Source: Patescibacteria group bacterium (GTDB lineage Bacteria; Patescibacteriota; Microgenomatia; UBA1400; UBA1449). Taken from it: DNA of 64,000 nucleotides. Below the pieces are notes generated by a model. That model was given only the letters and a program-made list of their open reading frames with translations. It had not been told where the DNA came from and searched no databases. Below are positions 40,415-50,456 of this stretch, one piece after another. Numbering within the stretch: position 1 is the stretch's first letter; every line of letters starts with the position of its first letter. The translations under genes and the position numbers were made by a program. The stretch is from positions 68,347-132,346 of the forward strand of contig JBMNOG010000001.1 in the NCBI GenBank assembly GCA_050942955.1, given 5' to 3'.

Positions 40415-43186
40415 TTGACTAGAAACTTTTTTCCTGCCCAAATGAAGCCTTCAAACCAGTACCATACACAAACTATTCCCCAAATCTATGATACGTTTTC
40501 GACAAGCGCTCGGGGTTTATCTGAAAAAGAAGCTCTTAACCGGTTAAAGACATTTGGACGCAACCGTCTACCTGATCCATCATCCCGTTCTCCTCTTCTT
40601 ATACTCCTATCCCAACTCAAAAATACAATGGTCTACATCTTGCTAACCGCCGCTGCGGTTTCGTACATCTATGAACACTACCTTGACGTATACGTCATAT
40701 TAGGGATTATTTTCCTTAACACTGTTCTTGGTTTCTTACAAGAGTTTAGGGCTGAAAAGTCGGTACAAGCACTTAAAAGCCTCATTGTGCAGAAAGCAAA
40801 AGTGTATCGAAACGGTAAGTTGACGTATGTAAGTGCTCACGAAATTACTCCGGGCGACGTCATTAGTCTAGAAGAAGGTGACCGGATCCCGGCCGATGGA
40901 CGCTTAATATCTGTAAAAAATTTTCAGACTATTGAAGCAACCCTAACCGGAGAATCACTACCTCTCAACAAACAGCTAAACGCGCTCGAAGCTGACACTC
41001 CACTAGCAGAGCAGGAAAATATGGTCTGGACAGGTACGAGTGTAGCGCGTGGAACAGCTACTGCTGTCGTTACTGCTACAGCAAGTAATACCATTCTTGG
41101 CCAAATTGCTAAAAATCTGCAAACGATTGAAGGTAAAAGTGATCATTTTGTAGTAAAGACAGATATCTTAGCCAAGCAGATGACTGCTATTGCTTTAATT
41201 ACTACTGTCTTTACATTTTTGGTAGGGTACTTCTGGCGTGGCTTTCCCTTTGAAGACGTTTTTATGTACACCATTGCTTCGCTTGTATCCGGTATTCCTG
41301 AAGGGTTACCAATTGTACTTACAATTGTACTTGCAATAGGCGCAAGAAGAATGGCTCAGAAGAATGCGATTGTGAGAAGGCTTTCTGCTACAGAAACACT
41401 TTCGGTAGTCGATACTATTGTTACTGATAAAACTGGCACGCTTACTCAAAACGTAATGACAGCAACAACTATCCAGCTCCCCTACCAGCCGCTAATGGAA
41501 GCCCACCACCAAGACGAGGAAGTTACCCTGACTCAGAGTGGCAAATCTCCTTCAAGCAAACACTATCCGTTGCAAAAACTTCTAGATATTGCTTCTGTCT
41601 GCCATAATGTCCGGCATGAGGTCCTTCCCGATGAGTCTGTTCAATTTCTTGGTGACCCGACTGAGATAGCAATTGTCACCTTAGCTGACAGAGCCCAAAA
41701 AACGCCATCATACATTTCGCAAAAACTAAGGCAAGTAGCTGACCTCACCTTCAGCCAGGACCACCGCTGGCGTGCTTCACTTATTGCCAATAAACAAGGT
41801 GAAAGGGAAGTTATTGTTATGGGTGCTCCGGAAACAGTTCTTAAGCAGTGTGGTCGCATCCTCATGCCCGACCACCGCGTTCATCAAATGACTAACCATA
41901 ATCTTCGTGATATTGGAAGACAGCTCCATACATTAGCTAATCAGGGAATCCGCTTGCTTGCTTTAGCTTATAGGCCGGTTGATAAGAGTACGAAAAACAT
42001 AGAGCACGAAGATGTTCACGATATGGTTTACGTCGGACTTATCGGGATTGTCGATCCACCTAGAAAAGAAGTTGCAGAAGCTATTCAAACCGCAAAACGC
42101 GCCGGAGTTACTACATACATGGCTACAGGTGACCACCCTGATACTGCTTTTGCTATAGCTAAAGAAATTGGATTAGTTGAAGGCAATGCCAAAAAGTCAG
42201 ATGTCATCACTGGTATGCAGCTTGAGAAAATGACTGACAATGAGATTATCAAAGCCCTTAAACATACCCGTGTTTTTGCAAGAATGACACCGGATGCAAA
42301 ACTAAGACTTGCTTCGATTCTCCAAAATGAAGGACGTATAGTAGCAATGACAGGAGATGGTGTCAATGATGCACCTGCTCTTAAGCAAGCACATATTGGT
42401 ATTTCAATGGGGAAAAATGGTACTGATGTAGCCCGTGAAGCTTCAGATATTGTCCTTTCTGATGATAACTATGCCTCAATTATCAATGCTATTGAAGAAG
42501 GCAGGACTCAGTTTCGTAATGTCCGACGCACCAGCTTTTTTTATGTTATCACTAACCTTGCTGAAAGTGTTTCTCTTATTGTCTTCTTAGTTGTCGGTCT
42601 ACCGATTCCTCTTTTACCCAAACAAATCCTCTGGCTTAATTTTGTAGTCAGTGGTTTATCAGATGTTGCTCTTGCTACTGAACCTATCCATGATGATGTC
42701 TTAAGTGAACCTCCTCGTCCATCTAATGAAAACATTCTCTATGGAAAAATTATCCCAAGAGTTGTAATGTTTACCACCTCAATGACAATCATCGGACTAG
42801 GAGTATTTTTACTTATGTCATCACAAAGTGTTGAAAAGGCGCGTACAGCCCTTTTCGTTTCCTTTAGTTTCATGCAACTTTTTAATTTGTTTATATTACG
42901 GTCACTCAAAAAATCTGTCTTTTCAATTGGTTTCTTCTCCAATAAGACAGTGAATATTTCTTTTGCTATTTCATTTTTCCTGATTCTTGTTGTATTGTAC
43001 CTACCGCCTATGAGTCTCCTGTTTGAGTTCACGGGCCTAAGTATAAAAGAATTTCTATGTATCTTTGCCATTTCTTCAAGCGTCTTTTTTATGGGAGAAG
43101 GTGTCAAGGTGTGGCAGAATAAAAACGTACAAAAGCGAGCAGGGAAAGTTCCAATTGCTGGTAAAAAAGTGCTGCAGTATGCCTAA
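40415..43186 (+). CDS. P-type cation-transporting ATPase (P2-type, Ca2+/Mg2+-like)
   Basis: DKTGTLTQN phosphorylation site, TGES, MTGDGVNDAPAL, and 10 TM segments. Confidence 0.9.
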   Translation: MTRNFFPAQMKPSNQYHTQTIPQIYDTFSTSARGLSEKEALNRLKTFGRNRLPDPSSRSPLLILLSQLKNTMVYILLTAAAVSYIYEHYLDVYVILGIIFLNTVLGFLQEFRAEKSVQALKSLIVQKAKVYRNGKLTYVSAHEITPGDVISLEEGDRIPADGRLISVKNFQTIEATLTGESLPLNKQLNALEADTPLAEQENMVWTGTSVARGTATAVVTATASNTILGQIAKNLQTIEGKSDHFVVKTDILAKQMTAIALITTVFTFLVGYFWRGFPFEDVFMYTIASLVSGIPEGLPIVLTIVLAIGARRMAQKNAIVRRLSATETLSVVDTIVTDKTGTLTQNVMTATTIQLPYQPLMEAHHQDEEVTLTQSGKSPSSKHYPLQKLLDIASVCHNVRHEVLPDESVQFLGDPTEIAIVTLADRAQKTPSYISQKLRQVADLTFSQDHRWRASLIANKQGEREVIVMGAPETVLKQCGRILMPDHRVHQMTNHNLRDIGRQLHTLANQGIRLLALAYRPVDKSTKNIEHEDVHDMVYVGLIGIVDPPRKEVAEAIQTAKRAGVTTYMATGDHPDTAFAIAKEIGLVEGNAKKSDVITGMQLEKMTDNEIIKALKHTRVFARMTPDAKLRLASILQNEGRIVAMTGDGVNDAPALKQAHIGISMGKNGTDVAREASDIVLSDDNYASIINAIEEGRTQFRNVRRTSFFYVITNLAESVSLIVFLVVGLPIPLLPKQILWLNFVVSGLSDVALATEPIHDDVLSEPPRPSNENILYGKIIPRVVMFTTSMTIIGLGVFLLMSSQSVEKARTALFVSFSFMQLFNLFILRSLKKSVFSIGFFSNKTVNISFAISFFLILVVLYLPPMSLLFEFTGLSIKEFLCIFAISSSVFFMGEGVKVWQNKNVQKRAGKVPIAGKKVLQYA

Positions 43187-43234
43187 GTTACCCCTTACTA
43201 TTCGAACATAAAGTAGGTAGAATACAAACCCACT

Positions 43235-44245
43235 ATGAAACGCACCAAGATATTGGGTGTCGGAATAATTTTCATTTTTGCGCTAGCTATTTTTATAGCT
43301 TTAAGCAGTAAACTGTTCCCGGATTCTTCTTCCATTCTTACTCACGTAACAAAGGTTGCTTCAAGTGAGGAAATATCTCCTATGTTTATAGAAGTTCTCA
43401 GAGCTAGGGACTATCCAGCAAGTGAGATGATTATTGAAGAAACATTAGAGCCCGGCACTAATTACAACCGCTACGTTGCTTCATACCAATCGGATGGATT
43501 TAAGGTTTATGGTCTGCTAACTATACCAACTGCACCCAAGCCTGAAAACGGCTTCCCGACAATTATTTTTTTGCACGGGTACATTGCTCCAAGTAGGTAC
43601 GTGACCACTCAAGACTATGTTGCTTCCCAGGATGGATTGGCAAGAAATGGGTTTATCACCTTTAAACCTGACCTTCGCGGCCATGCTAAGTCTGAAGGTC
43701 AAGCAACAGGAGCCCATTTTTCCGAAACGTATGTTGTTGATACGATTAATGCGGTAGAAGCCTTGAAAATGTACGAACAAGTTGATCTTAGCAGAATCGG
43801 CGTTTGGGGACATTCAAACGGCGGAGAAATTGGCCTTCGTGCAATGGTAGTTTCAAAAGATATCAAAGCCGGCGTTTTCTGGGCAGGTGTGGTGGGTAGT
43901 TTTGAAGATATGCTTGAAACGTACAATGCCCAGATACCATTTATGCGAAGATCTCAGCCTGAGCTAATAACACAGTACGGCAGCCCAAGTGCAAATCCTG
44001 TTTTCTGGAATAGTATTGATCCGTATCACTACCTTGAAGATGTTTCAGGCCCAATCCAGCTCCATCACGGTACAGAGGATGAGCAGGTGCCTCACGAGCT
44101 CTCGTTAAGCTTGAAGACTGCTTTAAAACGAAATGGGAAAACCGTTGAGTACTATGAGTATGAAGGAGCTAACCACAACTTCTCAGGTACAGCATTTAGT
44201 CTGGCAGTTGAACGATCAGTCAATTTTTTTCGAAAATACCTGTAA
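43235..44245 (+). CDS. Membrane-anchored alpha/beta hydrolase (S9 / dienelactone-hydrolase-like)
   Basis: N-terminal TM helix, a GHSNGG nucleophile elbow, and a later HHG...D/H. Confidence 0.7.
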   Translation: MKRTKILGVGIIFIFALAIFIALSSKLFPDSSSILTHVTKVASSEEISPMFIEVLRARDYPASEMIIEETLEPGTNYNRYVASYQSDGFKVYGLLTIPTAPKPENGFPTIIFLHGYIAPSRYVTTQDYVASQDGLARNGFITFKPDLRGHAKSEGQATGAHFSETYVVDTINAVEALKMYEQVDLSRIGVWGHSNGGEIGLRAMVVSKDIKAGVFWAGVVGSFEDMLETYNAQIPFMRRSQPELITQYGSPSANPVFWNSIDPYHYLEDVSGPIQLHHGTEDEQVPHELSLSLKTALKRNGKTVEYYEYEGANHNFSGTAFSLAVERSVNFFRKYL

Positions 44246-44246
44246 C

Positions 44247-44654
44247 CTACTCCCCTTCTATGCTTCCTCTCCAAATCCAATGAGTGATATTAAAACTACC
44301 TTGTGCCAGCTTAATCGCTTTTTTAAGTTCATACTGACTGAGACCGTTATCAAATGATTCTTTTTCAGGAATGTTACCGGTATAGTATTTTTCCAAAATA
44401 GGAAGGGCTCGTTTGTCTCCTAGTTGTCCTAAGGCCCAAATAGCAGAGTTTCTGGTTCGAAAATCATTATCAGCATCTTCCAATGTTAAAGAAAGAGAGC
44501 TAATGCAGTCTTCTTGATACTTTGTTTGCGCTTTATCACACTCCCTTCTCACACTGTTACCTATAACAATAGAGCCAGCAATATAAAGACCAGCTAAACC
44601 AACTAGCCCAATACAAATGACAAGTGGAAGAATTTTTTTGATATTCATAGGCAA
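44247..44654 (-). CDS. Small membrane-anchored HEAT/PBS-lyase repeat protein
   Basis: AIWALGQLGDKRALPILEKY is a HEAT-like repeat unit. N-terminal TM helix. Confidence 0.55.
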   Translation of the reverse strand: MPMNIKKILPLVICIGLVGLAGLYIAGSIVIGNSVRRECDKAQTKYQEDCISSLSLTLEDADNDFRTRNSAIWALGQLGDKRALPILEKYYTGNIPEKESFDNGLSQYELKKAIKLAQGSFNITHWIWRGSIEGE

Positions 44655-44712
44655 AAATAAAGATTGGTAGTATGAAGATTATAGCAAGCAAATCTGAAAA
44701 TCTAATTAAACC

Positions 44713-46083
44713 TTAATTAAGGTAAAGCAGCTCTTCTTTTTCTGTTTGTCTAATACTAGATTTCTTAGTGTATGTGTTCCCTCGGAGTTTAACCCGGAAA
44801 TCACTTTGTTGTTTTTGTTTTTGCAGTAAGGTTAGAGAGGTTAATTCTTTCCTGATAGCTTCAGATTGTTCCCGAAGCCTCTGGTCAAACTGCAAGACTC
44901 TTTTATCTATTTGTAACGACTTTTGATTTAGACCAAGCAGACTAATCCCTGAAAGGCTGCGCACTCAGGAAAGAGCTACATATCCCATTCCCGGAAGGAA
45001 TGTTCTCCCTAAGTCAATCTTGGCTGCATCGAGTGAAAGCCCTTGACTCTTATGGATAGTGATTGCCCAAGCTAGCTGCAAAGGAATTTGTCTTACTTTT
45101 GCTATTACCTGTCCATCTTCCTCTGTTATCCACTCAGATGGAGTTATGGTAATCCGTTTCTCATTAAGTAATTCCACTACAGGGTATCCTTTTGAACTAA
45201 AACCTACTACTGCTCCCAAGGAGCCGTTAACATACCCTTTCTGGAAGTTGTTTTTTAAACACATTACCAAAGCCCCAACTTTTAGATGTAGTATCTCCGA
45301 CACTAAACAGTTCTTTTTTAAAGCATCAACCAAGTGAGGCAAACCCTTGCCTTCCATTCGGTATGAATGCGTTTTCCCTGGTAAAATTGCTAAAGCGGCA
45401 TCATTAATAAAAGTAACATTGGCATTGTGGGTATAAAGCTTAGTTGCTACAGACAAAGGTTTATGGATACGACTCGCTAACGTTTTAATAGATTCCTGAC
45501 TTACCTTTTGTTCTCGAATTTCTTCTAAAATATGTAAAAGCTCCGGGTCTGTCTGAAGGTACTCGCGCGCTAAGTAACAGAATTTAAGAGTAAGATCCTG
45601 CCAGCTTTTTGATTTGTAGATTAGCTCTGTTTTTCTGCCGTCGGTCACAACTGGAGGCAGTTGGAAAAAATCCCCTGCTAATACAACCTGCATTCCACCA
45701 AACGGCAAACTACTATCTTTGAAAACCTTACAGGTGCGGTCAACTAAATCCAGTGTCGCTGCTGAAAGCATCGTTGCTTCATCGATAATTAAAACTTTTG
45801 CCAAGTAAAAACGCCGCAAAAGGTAACGCCTGCGTTTTAAGTTTTTGATTTCTTTTAAAGACAAATCTTCTCTAATACCGATTCCTGCCCATGAGTTTAG
45901 CGTAATGCCGCTAAGGCGGGTTGCGGCAACACCGGTAGAAGCAGTTACTCCCACACCTATCCCTTTTGCCCTTAAGTATGAGATATACTCTGAAAGGACA
46001 TGGGTTTTACCTGTACCAGCTGCTCCGGTAAGGTAAACATTGTAGCCAAGTTTGAGAATATCCAAAGCTTCCTTTTGTGTCAT
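44713..46083 (-). pseudogene. Pif1/RecD-family (AAA_30) DNA helicase interrupted by one in-frame TGA at 44965-44967. The two ORF-track pieces 44965..46083 and 44713..44964 are the same frame
   Basis: LTGAAGTGKTHVL Walker A, ASTGVAATRLSG, and ITIHKSQGLSLD. The sequence reads ...GMGYVALS-TGA-VRSLSGISLLGL, which matches the family C-terminal block YVALSRvrSleGL with TGA at the conserved Arg position. Confidence 0.6.
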
Positions 46084-46103
46084 ACCGCAACCCTCCTTTT
46101 TGC

Positions 46104-46601
46104 TTAGTTACTCCAGATCCAGCGGGTATGCTCCCGGCTGCCGCTGGAACAGAAAATACCCTCGTACTTCCGGCCGCCTTTACTTACACCTTTTTTCCTG
46201 TGTGCCGGTTTTCCGCAGACATCACATACCTCTTTTTCTTTTGCATTAGCATCTCCATCTCCGGTTTTAGCCGATACCGCTCTAACCATTTCATCAGCTG
46301 AAGCTACACTTTCCAAAAGGCCATATCCGGCAAATCCCAAAGCCCGACCAACCGCTGAGGTTTCGGCTACTTCGTAGGGATTATCGCGTTCAATCAGTCT
46401 GGGAGATTCGAGATTAACTGCACTAATACCGGTATAGGTTCTACCTTTGATCGTTACTGTAGCTTTCACTACTACCGGATCGTGGCTTAGAACTTCAGTC
46501 ACTACCCCTTCAATTTCCTTGCTTTCGTGTGCCAGCTCTAAACGCCTGGCAACAGTCATATAATCTTTACCGTGAATCTTCACTATTCCATTGTTTGTCA
46601 A
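46104..46601 (-). CDS. Rad52/Sak-like single-strand-annealing-type domain fused to a C-terminal topoisomerase-type zinc ribbon (tentative)
   Basis: The N-terminus (HGKDYMTVARRLELAHE...VTIKGRTYTGISAV...NPYEVAETSAVGRALGFAGYGL) resembles the Rad52_Rad22 core (...AvTDAlKRAl..FGn.LG). The C-terminus CDVCGKPAHRKKG..GRKYEGIFCSS..H resembles zf-C4_Topoisom. It lies 20 nt from the helicase. Confidence 0.4.
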   Translation of the reverse strand: MTNNGIVKIHGKDYMTVARRLELAHESKEIEGVVTEVLSHDPVVVKATVTIKGRTYTGISAVNLESPRLIERDNPYEVAETSAVGRALGFAGYGLLESVASADEMVRAVSAKTGDGDANAKEKEVCDVCGKPAHRKKGVSKGGRKYEGIFCSSGSREHTRWIWSN

Positions 46602-46906
46602 TTCTGTTCACCCCCTCTCAAACATCCCCTTTTCGTAATTCCTTTATGCACAGGTCATCTCAAAGCACCAGCGATACCGGTTTTGCAGGGGAAAATTGAC
46701 AGGCAGTTGGCTAAAGCTCTTTTCCGTTTCGAATTTTATTAGCCGCAGGAGACATGCGTTTTTGCTTGTTTCTCTCCTCTTTCTTCCCTGCGTTTTTGGG
46801 TTTTATTCGAAGATTTTGGACGATTGTAACAGCATGAATTGCCGGGTGTCAACCGTAAAGCTAACAGGGGTAATTAGCTAATTTATGTTGATTTAACGAA
46901 ATAAAA

Positions 46907-48499
46907 CTATTTGGAATAAACTCCTAAAGGGTTAATGCCATTGGGATATGTGCCTGTAAAACACGCGCCACAGAACTGGCCCAACTCAAATATTTCTTCA
47001 TCGGTCAATCCTTGGGTATATCTATTTAAACTGGCTGTTACCAAATCTCGTACTGAAGTATATCTAAGGGAATCACAACCGATTTCATTTCTAATTTCTT
47101 CAAGATTACTATGACACCGGTGTGCAATTAACTCTCCATTAGTAGCAAAATCTACTCCCATAAAACAGGGACTACGCAGCTGCGGTGAACCGCTTCTTAA
47201 ATGAACCTCTGTTGCCCCGGCATCCCGGACTATAGCTACTGTAGTTCTCGAAGTATCTCCTCGTACTATTGAATCATCAATAACAACTACCTTACGCCCT
47301 GCTATCATTTCTTTAATTGGCATGTGTTTGATGTGCGCTTTTTGATACCTTTCATCAGGCAAAATAAAAACTCTACCCGCATAGATATTAGCAATTAGAG
47401 GAGTGGTGGTTCCTGAAAGCTCTACAATATGATTAGCAGCCTCTTCTTGTGAAAGCCCGAAAACTGAGGGATCTTCTAATAGTTGCTTAACCATTTCTGT
47501 GCGATACCCTTCGCCGTAAATGATACCTGAGTGCTGCACAGGTACAACGACATCAGGTAAAAATCCTTGGGCAATATCTTTTCTCGCCAGAGCTTTCCCA
47601 ATCTCCTGTCTTACGGCATAAACAGGTCTCTCAAAAATATGAGAGTTAGGATCACCAATATAGACATGTTCAAAAATACACCGGGCTACAGCAACCCTTT
47701 CTTTCCTAGGGTCAGTAAAGAAAGGGTGTATCCCTTCATCGTTAATCATTACTGCTTCTCCTGGCTCAATTTCACGAATGTATTCAATTCCAAAGTTTTG
47801 AAAAAAATTATCTTCTGAGGCCACGATTACACCAGCGTTACTTGGTAGTTTGCCTAGAATAAGAGGTCTAAAGCCCCAAGGATCACGCGAAGCAATCAGT
47901 TTGCGATGAGTGGATATAATAAAATTTGCTGCTCCTTCAACTTTTTCCAAAACATCTCTGATTTTATCTTCATCAGAATCCTGTTTACTTGAAAGCATTG
48001 CTTTAAAAACAATATCTGTATCACTTACTGCAGATTCTTGTAAATCCTGAGGAAGAGATGAGAGTAGCTCCATGGCATTAGTAATATTGCCATTGTGAAC
48101 CAGAGTTAGATTATTGGCATGTACTGGCTGCCAGGCATCCAGCTTGCCGGAAGTCGAGTAACGAGTCTGTCCAAGCACTATTTTGGGAGATTTTAGTTTT
48201 GCCAGTAACTCTCGGGTTTCGGGTTGGTTTACTAATCCTTCCCTTCTCTCATGTATTGTCTGTTCATACCGGTTCTCACCATAAATTCCAAAACCTTCCT
48301 GCCCCCTGTGCTGAAGAGCATACAAAGCAGCACCGAGAAAAATATTAGCTTTATTCTCCACTCCATCAAACATGTACATTCCCACAATGCCGCAATGATC
48401 CTTTGGGGTTTCTGAAAATTCTGGACCTTTACCAACACCAAGCTCACTCTCATGAAACATATCCAAAAAATAGCAGAAAATGCTCTCCTTTGCAATCAA
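46907..48499 (-). CDS. purF: Amidophosphoribosyltransferase (PurF) with an N-terminal propeptide before the catalytic Cys
   Basis: ...DHCGIVGMYMF (Ntn Cys), the PRTase domain (VVIDDSIVRGDTS) and C-terminal Fe-S cysteines. Confidence 0.85.
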   Translation of the reverse strand: MIAKESIFCYFLDMFHESELGVGKGPEFSETPKDHCGIVGMYMFDGVENKANIFLGAALYALQHRGQEGFGIYGENRYEQTIHERREGLVNQPETRELLAKLKSPKIVLGQTRYSTSGKLDAWQPVHANNLTLVHNGNITNAMELLSSLPQDLQESAVSDTDIVFKAMLSSKQDSDEDKIRDVLEKVEGAANFIISTHRKLIASRDPWGFRPLILGKLPSNAGVIVASEDNFFQNFGIEYIREIEPGEAVMINDEGIHPFFTDPRKERVAVARCIFEHVYIGDPNSHIFERPVYAVRQEIGKALARKDIAQGFLPDVVVPVQHSGIIYGEGYRTEMVKQLLEDPSVFGLSQEEAANHIVELSGTTTPLIANIYAGRVFILPDERYQKAHIKHMPIKEMIAGRKVVVIDDSIVRGDTSRTTVAIVRDAGATEVHLRSGSPQLRSPCFMGVDFATNGELIAHRCHSNLEEIRNEIGCDSLRYTSVRDLVTASLNRYTQGLTDEEIFELGQFCGACFTGTYPNGINPLGVYSK

Positions 48500-48603
48500 A
48501 ATCTTTCTTATATCCTAAGATTTATTCGAGGGTAAGTCCTCCCACTTTTCTTACTTTTTCTTTACGTTGGAAAAGCAATGAATGTGTTATACTCCAGTAA
48601 CCT

Positions 48604-49683
48604 ATGCATGAAAGGTTAATAAATCAACCTGAAATGCCACCTAACCCCGAAGAAACGTTTGTAGGAGTTCAGGGATACGAAATTACTACCAGTGGCTGGC
48701 TTTTTAACCCTGAGACTGCTTTTAAAGTTGCCCACACACTCAATGAAAACCGCCAGAAACAAGGAAAGGAGTTACTTAAACTCGAAGTCTATGCTACTCA
48801 AAGGCCAGCGTGGTTAGATCAATTAGCCAATATCAAAGGGCTTCATACACTAGAAGAGTATCTCCCTCCTCAAATCACTACTGAGCTCATTTATACCTAT
48901 CTCAAACAGTACCCCTTAGCACGTATTTCAGATGTCCACGCTGAGTTTAACTTTAGCAAGTGGGAACAATGGTTAAGGATACTTGGTGAAGACGTTTTTC
49001 CCAAACTTGTTAGCAGTACACCAACGGAAAGAATTACGCTTGGATTGAAAAACAAGATATACCAAGCTGCCTGGATTGCTTTCTTCGGACCGGCTTCTAA
49101 TAGAAGGAGTGTTGATTTAGCATCTGAACTAAACAGCGAGTATGGCGGTGTCGGACTTACTATGCACCCAAACATAGTTGAAGGTTTTGCAAGCAATGGG
49201 CAACTGGAAGATATTAAAAAACTTGTCTCACGCTTGTTGGCAGAAAATGAAAGGCCCTACAATCTATCCCCTCACCTGGAACGGGCAAAGGCTGTAGGAA
49301 GTAGCCCAAGGGATCTGTTATCCGACCCGGAAACGGTGAGCAATTTAGTTGTCCATTTTTATGGCCTCGATGGGATGGTGCTTGGAGCTGACCACCTAAC
49401 ACAAAGAGGAGAAAACCTAACAGTTCATTACCAAAAAACAGCAAATGCGGTTCGTAAAATCCATGTTTCCGGAAGCGAAGGCACAAGGGTGCATACGGCA
49501 GTAGCTGTTGGCAGTCTTCCGGTCGAAACACTGCTACAAACTGTAGCCCATACTGAACATCCAGGCAGACTTACGGTAGCCTTAGATTATAGTCCTTTTG
49601 AAATCGGAAAGCTACCTTTTGAAGATCAGCTTTCTATGGTGGAAAAGACAATCAATTGGATGGAGAGTATTTCTAGAGACTAG
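48604..49683 (+). CDS. Hypothetical protein (359 aa), no recognisable domain
   Basis: ORF only, with a good RBS context. Divergent from purF. Confidence 0.4.
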   Translation: MHERLINQPEMPPNPEETFVGVQGYEITTSGWLFNPETAFKVAHTLNENRQKQGKELLKLEVYATQRPAWLDQLANIKGLHTLEEYLPPQITTELIYTYLKQYPLARISDVHAEFNFSKWEQWLRILGEDVFPKLVSSTPTERITLGLKNKIYQAAWIAFFGPASNRRSVDLASELNSEYGGVGLTMHPNIVEGFASNGQLEDIKKLVSRLLAENERPYNLSPHLERAKAVGSSPRDLLSDPETVSNLVVHFYGLDGMVLGADHLTQRGENLTVHYQKTANAVRKIHVSGSEGTRVHTAVAVGSLPVETLLQTVAHTEHPGRLTVALDYSPFEIGKLPFEDQLSMVEKTINWMESISRD

Positions 49684-49716
49684 CTTTTTACTTTCATAGA
49701 AACAATCTTTTTTTGC

Positions 49717-50451
49717 TTGTACAATAGGATTACTATGAAAACCAAACTAGCTATTCTTCAAAAAGTCCGCAGCTCTCTTAAGCAAAACACAGACGAAAAA
49801 ACCAAGACCAGCTTCCAACGGTTTTTTAAAGAAAAAGTAATGTACCATGGAGTGAAATCGGCGACAGTTGTTAAGCTTGCCAAAGAGTATTTTGAAGAGA
49901 TAAAATTCAAGCCTAAAAAGGAAATTTTTGAGTTGTGCGAAGATTTGTTTTCCTCCGGCTACTGTGAAGAATCCTGGATTGCCTCCAACTGGGCTCACTG
50001 GGTAAGCAAAGATTTTAAACAAGAAGATTTTAAGGTCTTTGAAAAATGGGTATATAGCTACATCAGTAACTGGGCAACCTGCGACACCTTTTGCAACCAC
50101 ACAGTCGGAACATTTATTGAGATGTATCCTAAGTTTTTGGAAAAACTTAAAGGCTGGACAAAATCAGATAACCGTTGGGTCAAGCGCGCTTCCGCTGTTT
50201 CCCTCATTATCCCCGCTAAAGAAGGTAAGTTTTTAAAAGATATTTTTGAAATTGCCGACAGCCTCTTACTTGACAGCGACGATATGGTGCAGAAAGGCTA
50301 CGGCTGGCTCCTTAAAGAAGCCTCAAGAAAACACCAACAGGAAGTCTTTAACTATGTGGTAAAGCACAAAGCCGTAATGCCCCGAACCGCCCTTCGCTAC
50401 GCTATTGAAAAAATGCCAGAGGATTTGAGAAAAAGGGCAATGGAGAGATAA
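49717..50451 (+). CDS. DNA alkylation repair enzyme (AlkD-like HEAT-repeat glycosylase)
   Basis: FFKEKVMYHGVKSATVVKLAKEY...WATCDTFCNHTVGTFIE...WVKRASAVSLI...QKGYGWLLKEASRKH. Confidence 0.75.
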   Translation: MYNRITMKTKLAILQKVRSSLKQNTDEKTKTSFQRFFKEKVMYHGVKSATVVKLAKEYFEEIKFKPKKEIFELCEDLFSSGYCEESWIASNWAHWVSKDFKQEDFKVFEKWVYSYISNWATCDTFCNHTVGTFIEMYPKFLEKLKGWTKSDNRWVKRASAVSLIIPAKEGKFLKDIFEIADSLLLDSDDMVQKGYGWLLKEASRKHQQEVFNYVVKHKAVMPRTALRYAIEKMPEDLRKRAMER

Positions 50452-50456
50452 TTTAC

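Noticed and set aside
44965-44967. Possibility that TGA is a sense codon (genetic code 4 or 25), which would make the helicase intact
   Set aside because: TGA terminates the 58624..59199 gene (…GVLEFE-TGA), and every long housekeeping ORF is intact under code 11. Recoded genomes would show frequent in-frame TGAs, and only this one is seen. The aligned residue is also Arg rather than Gly or Trp.
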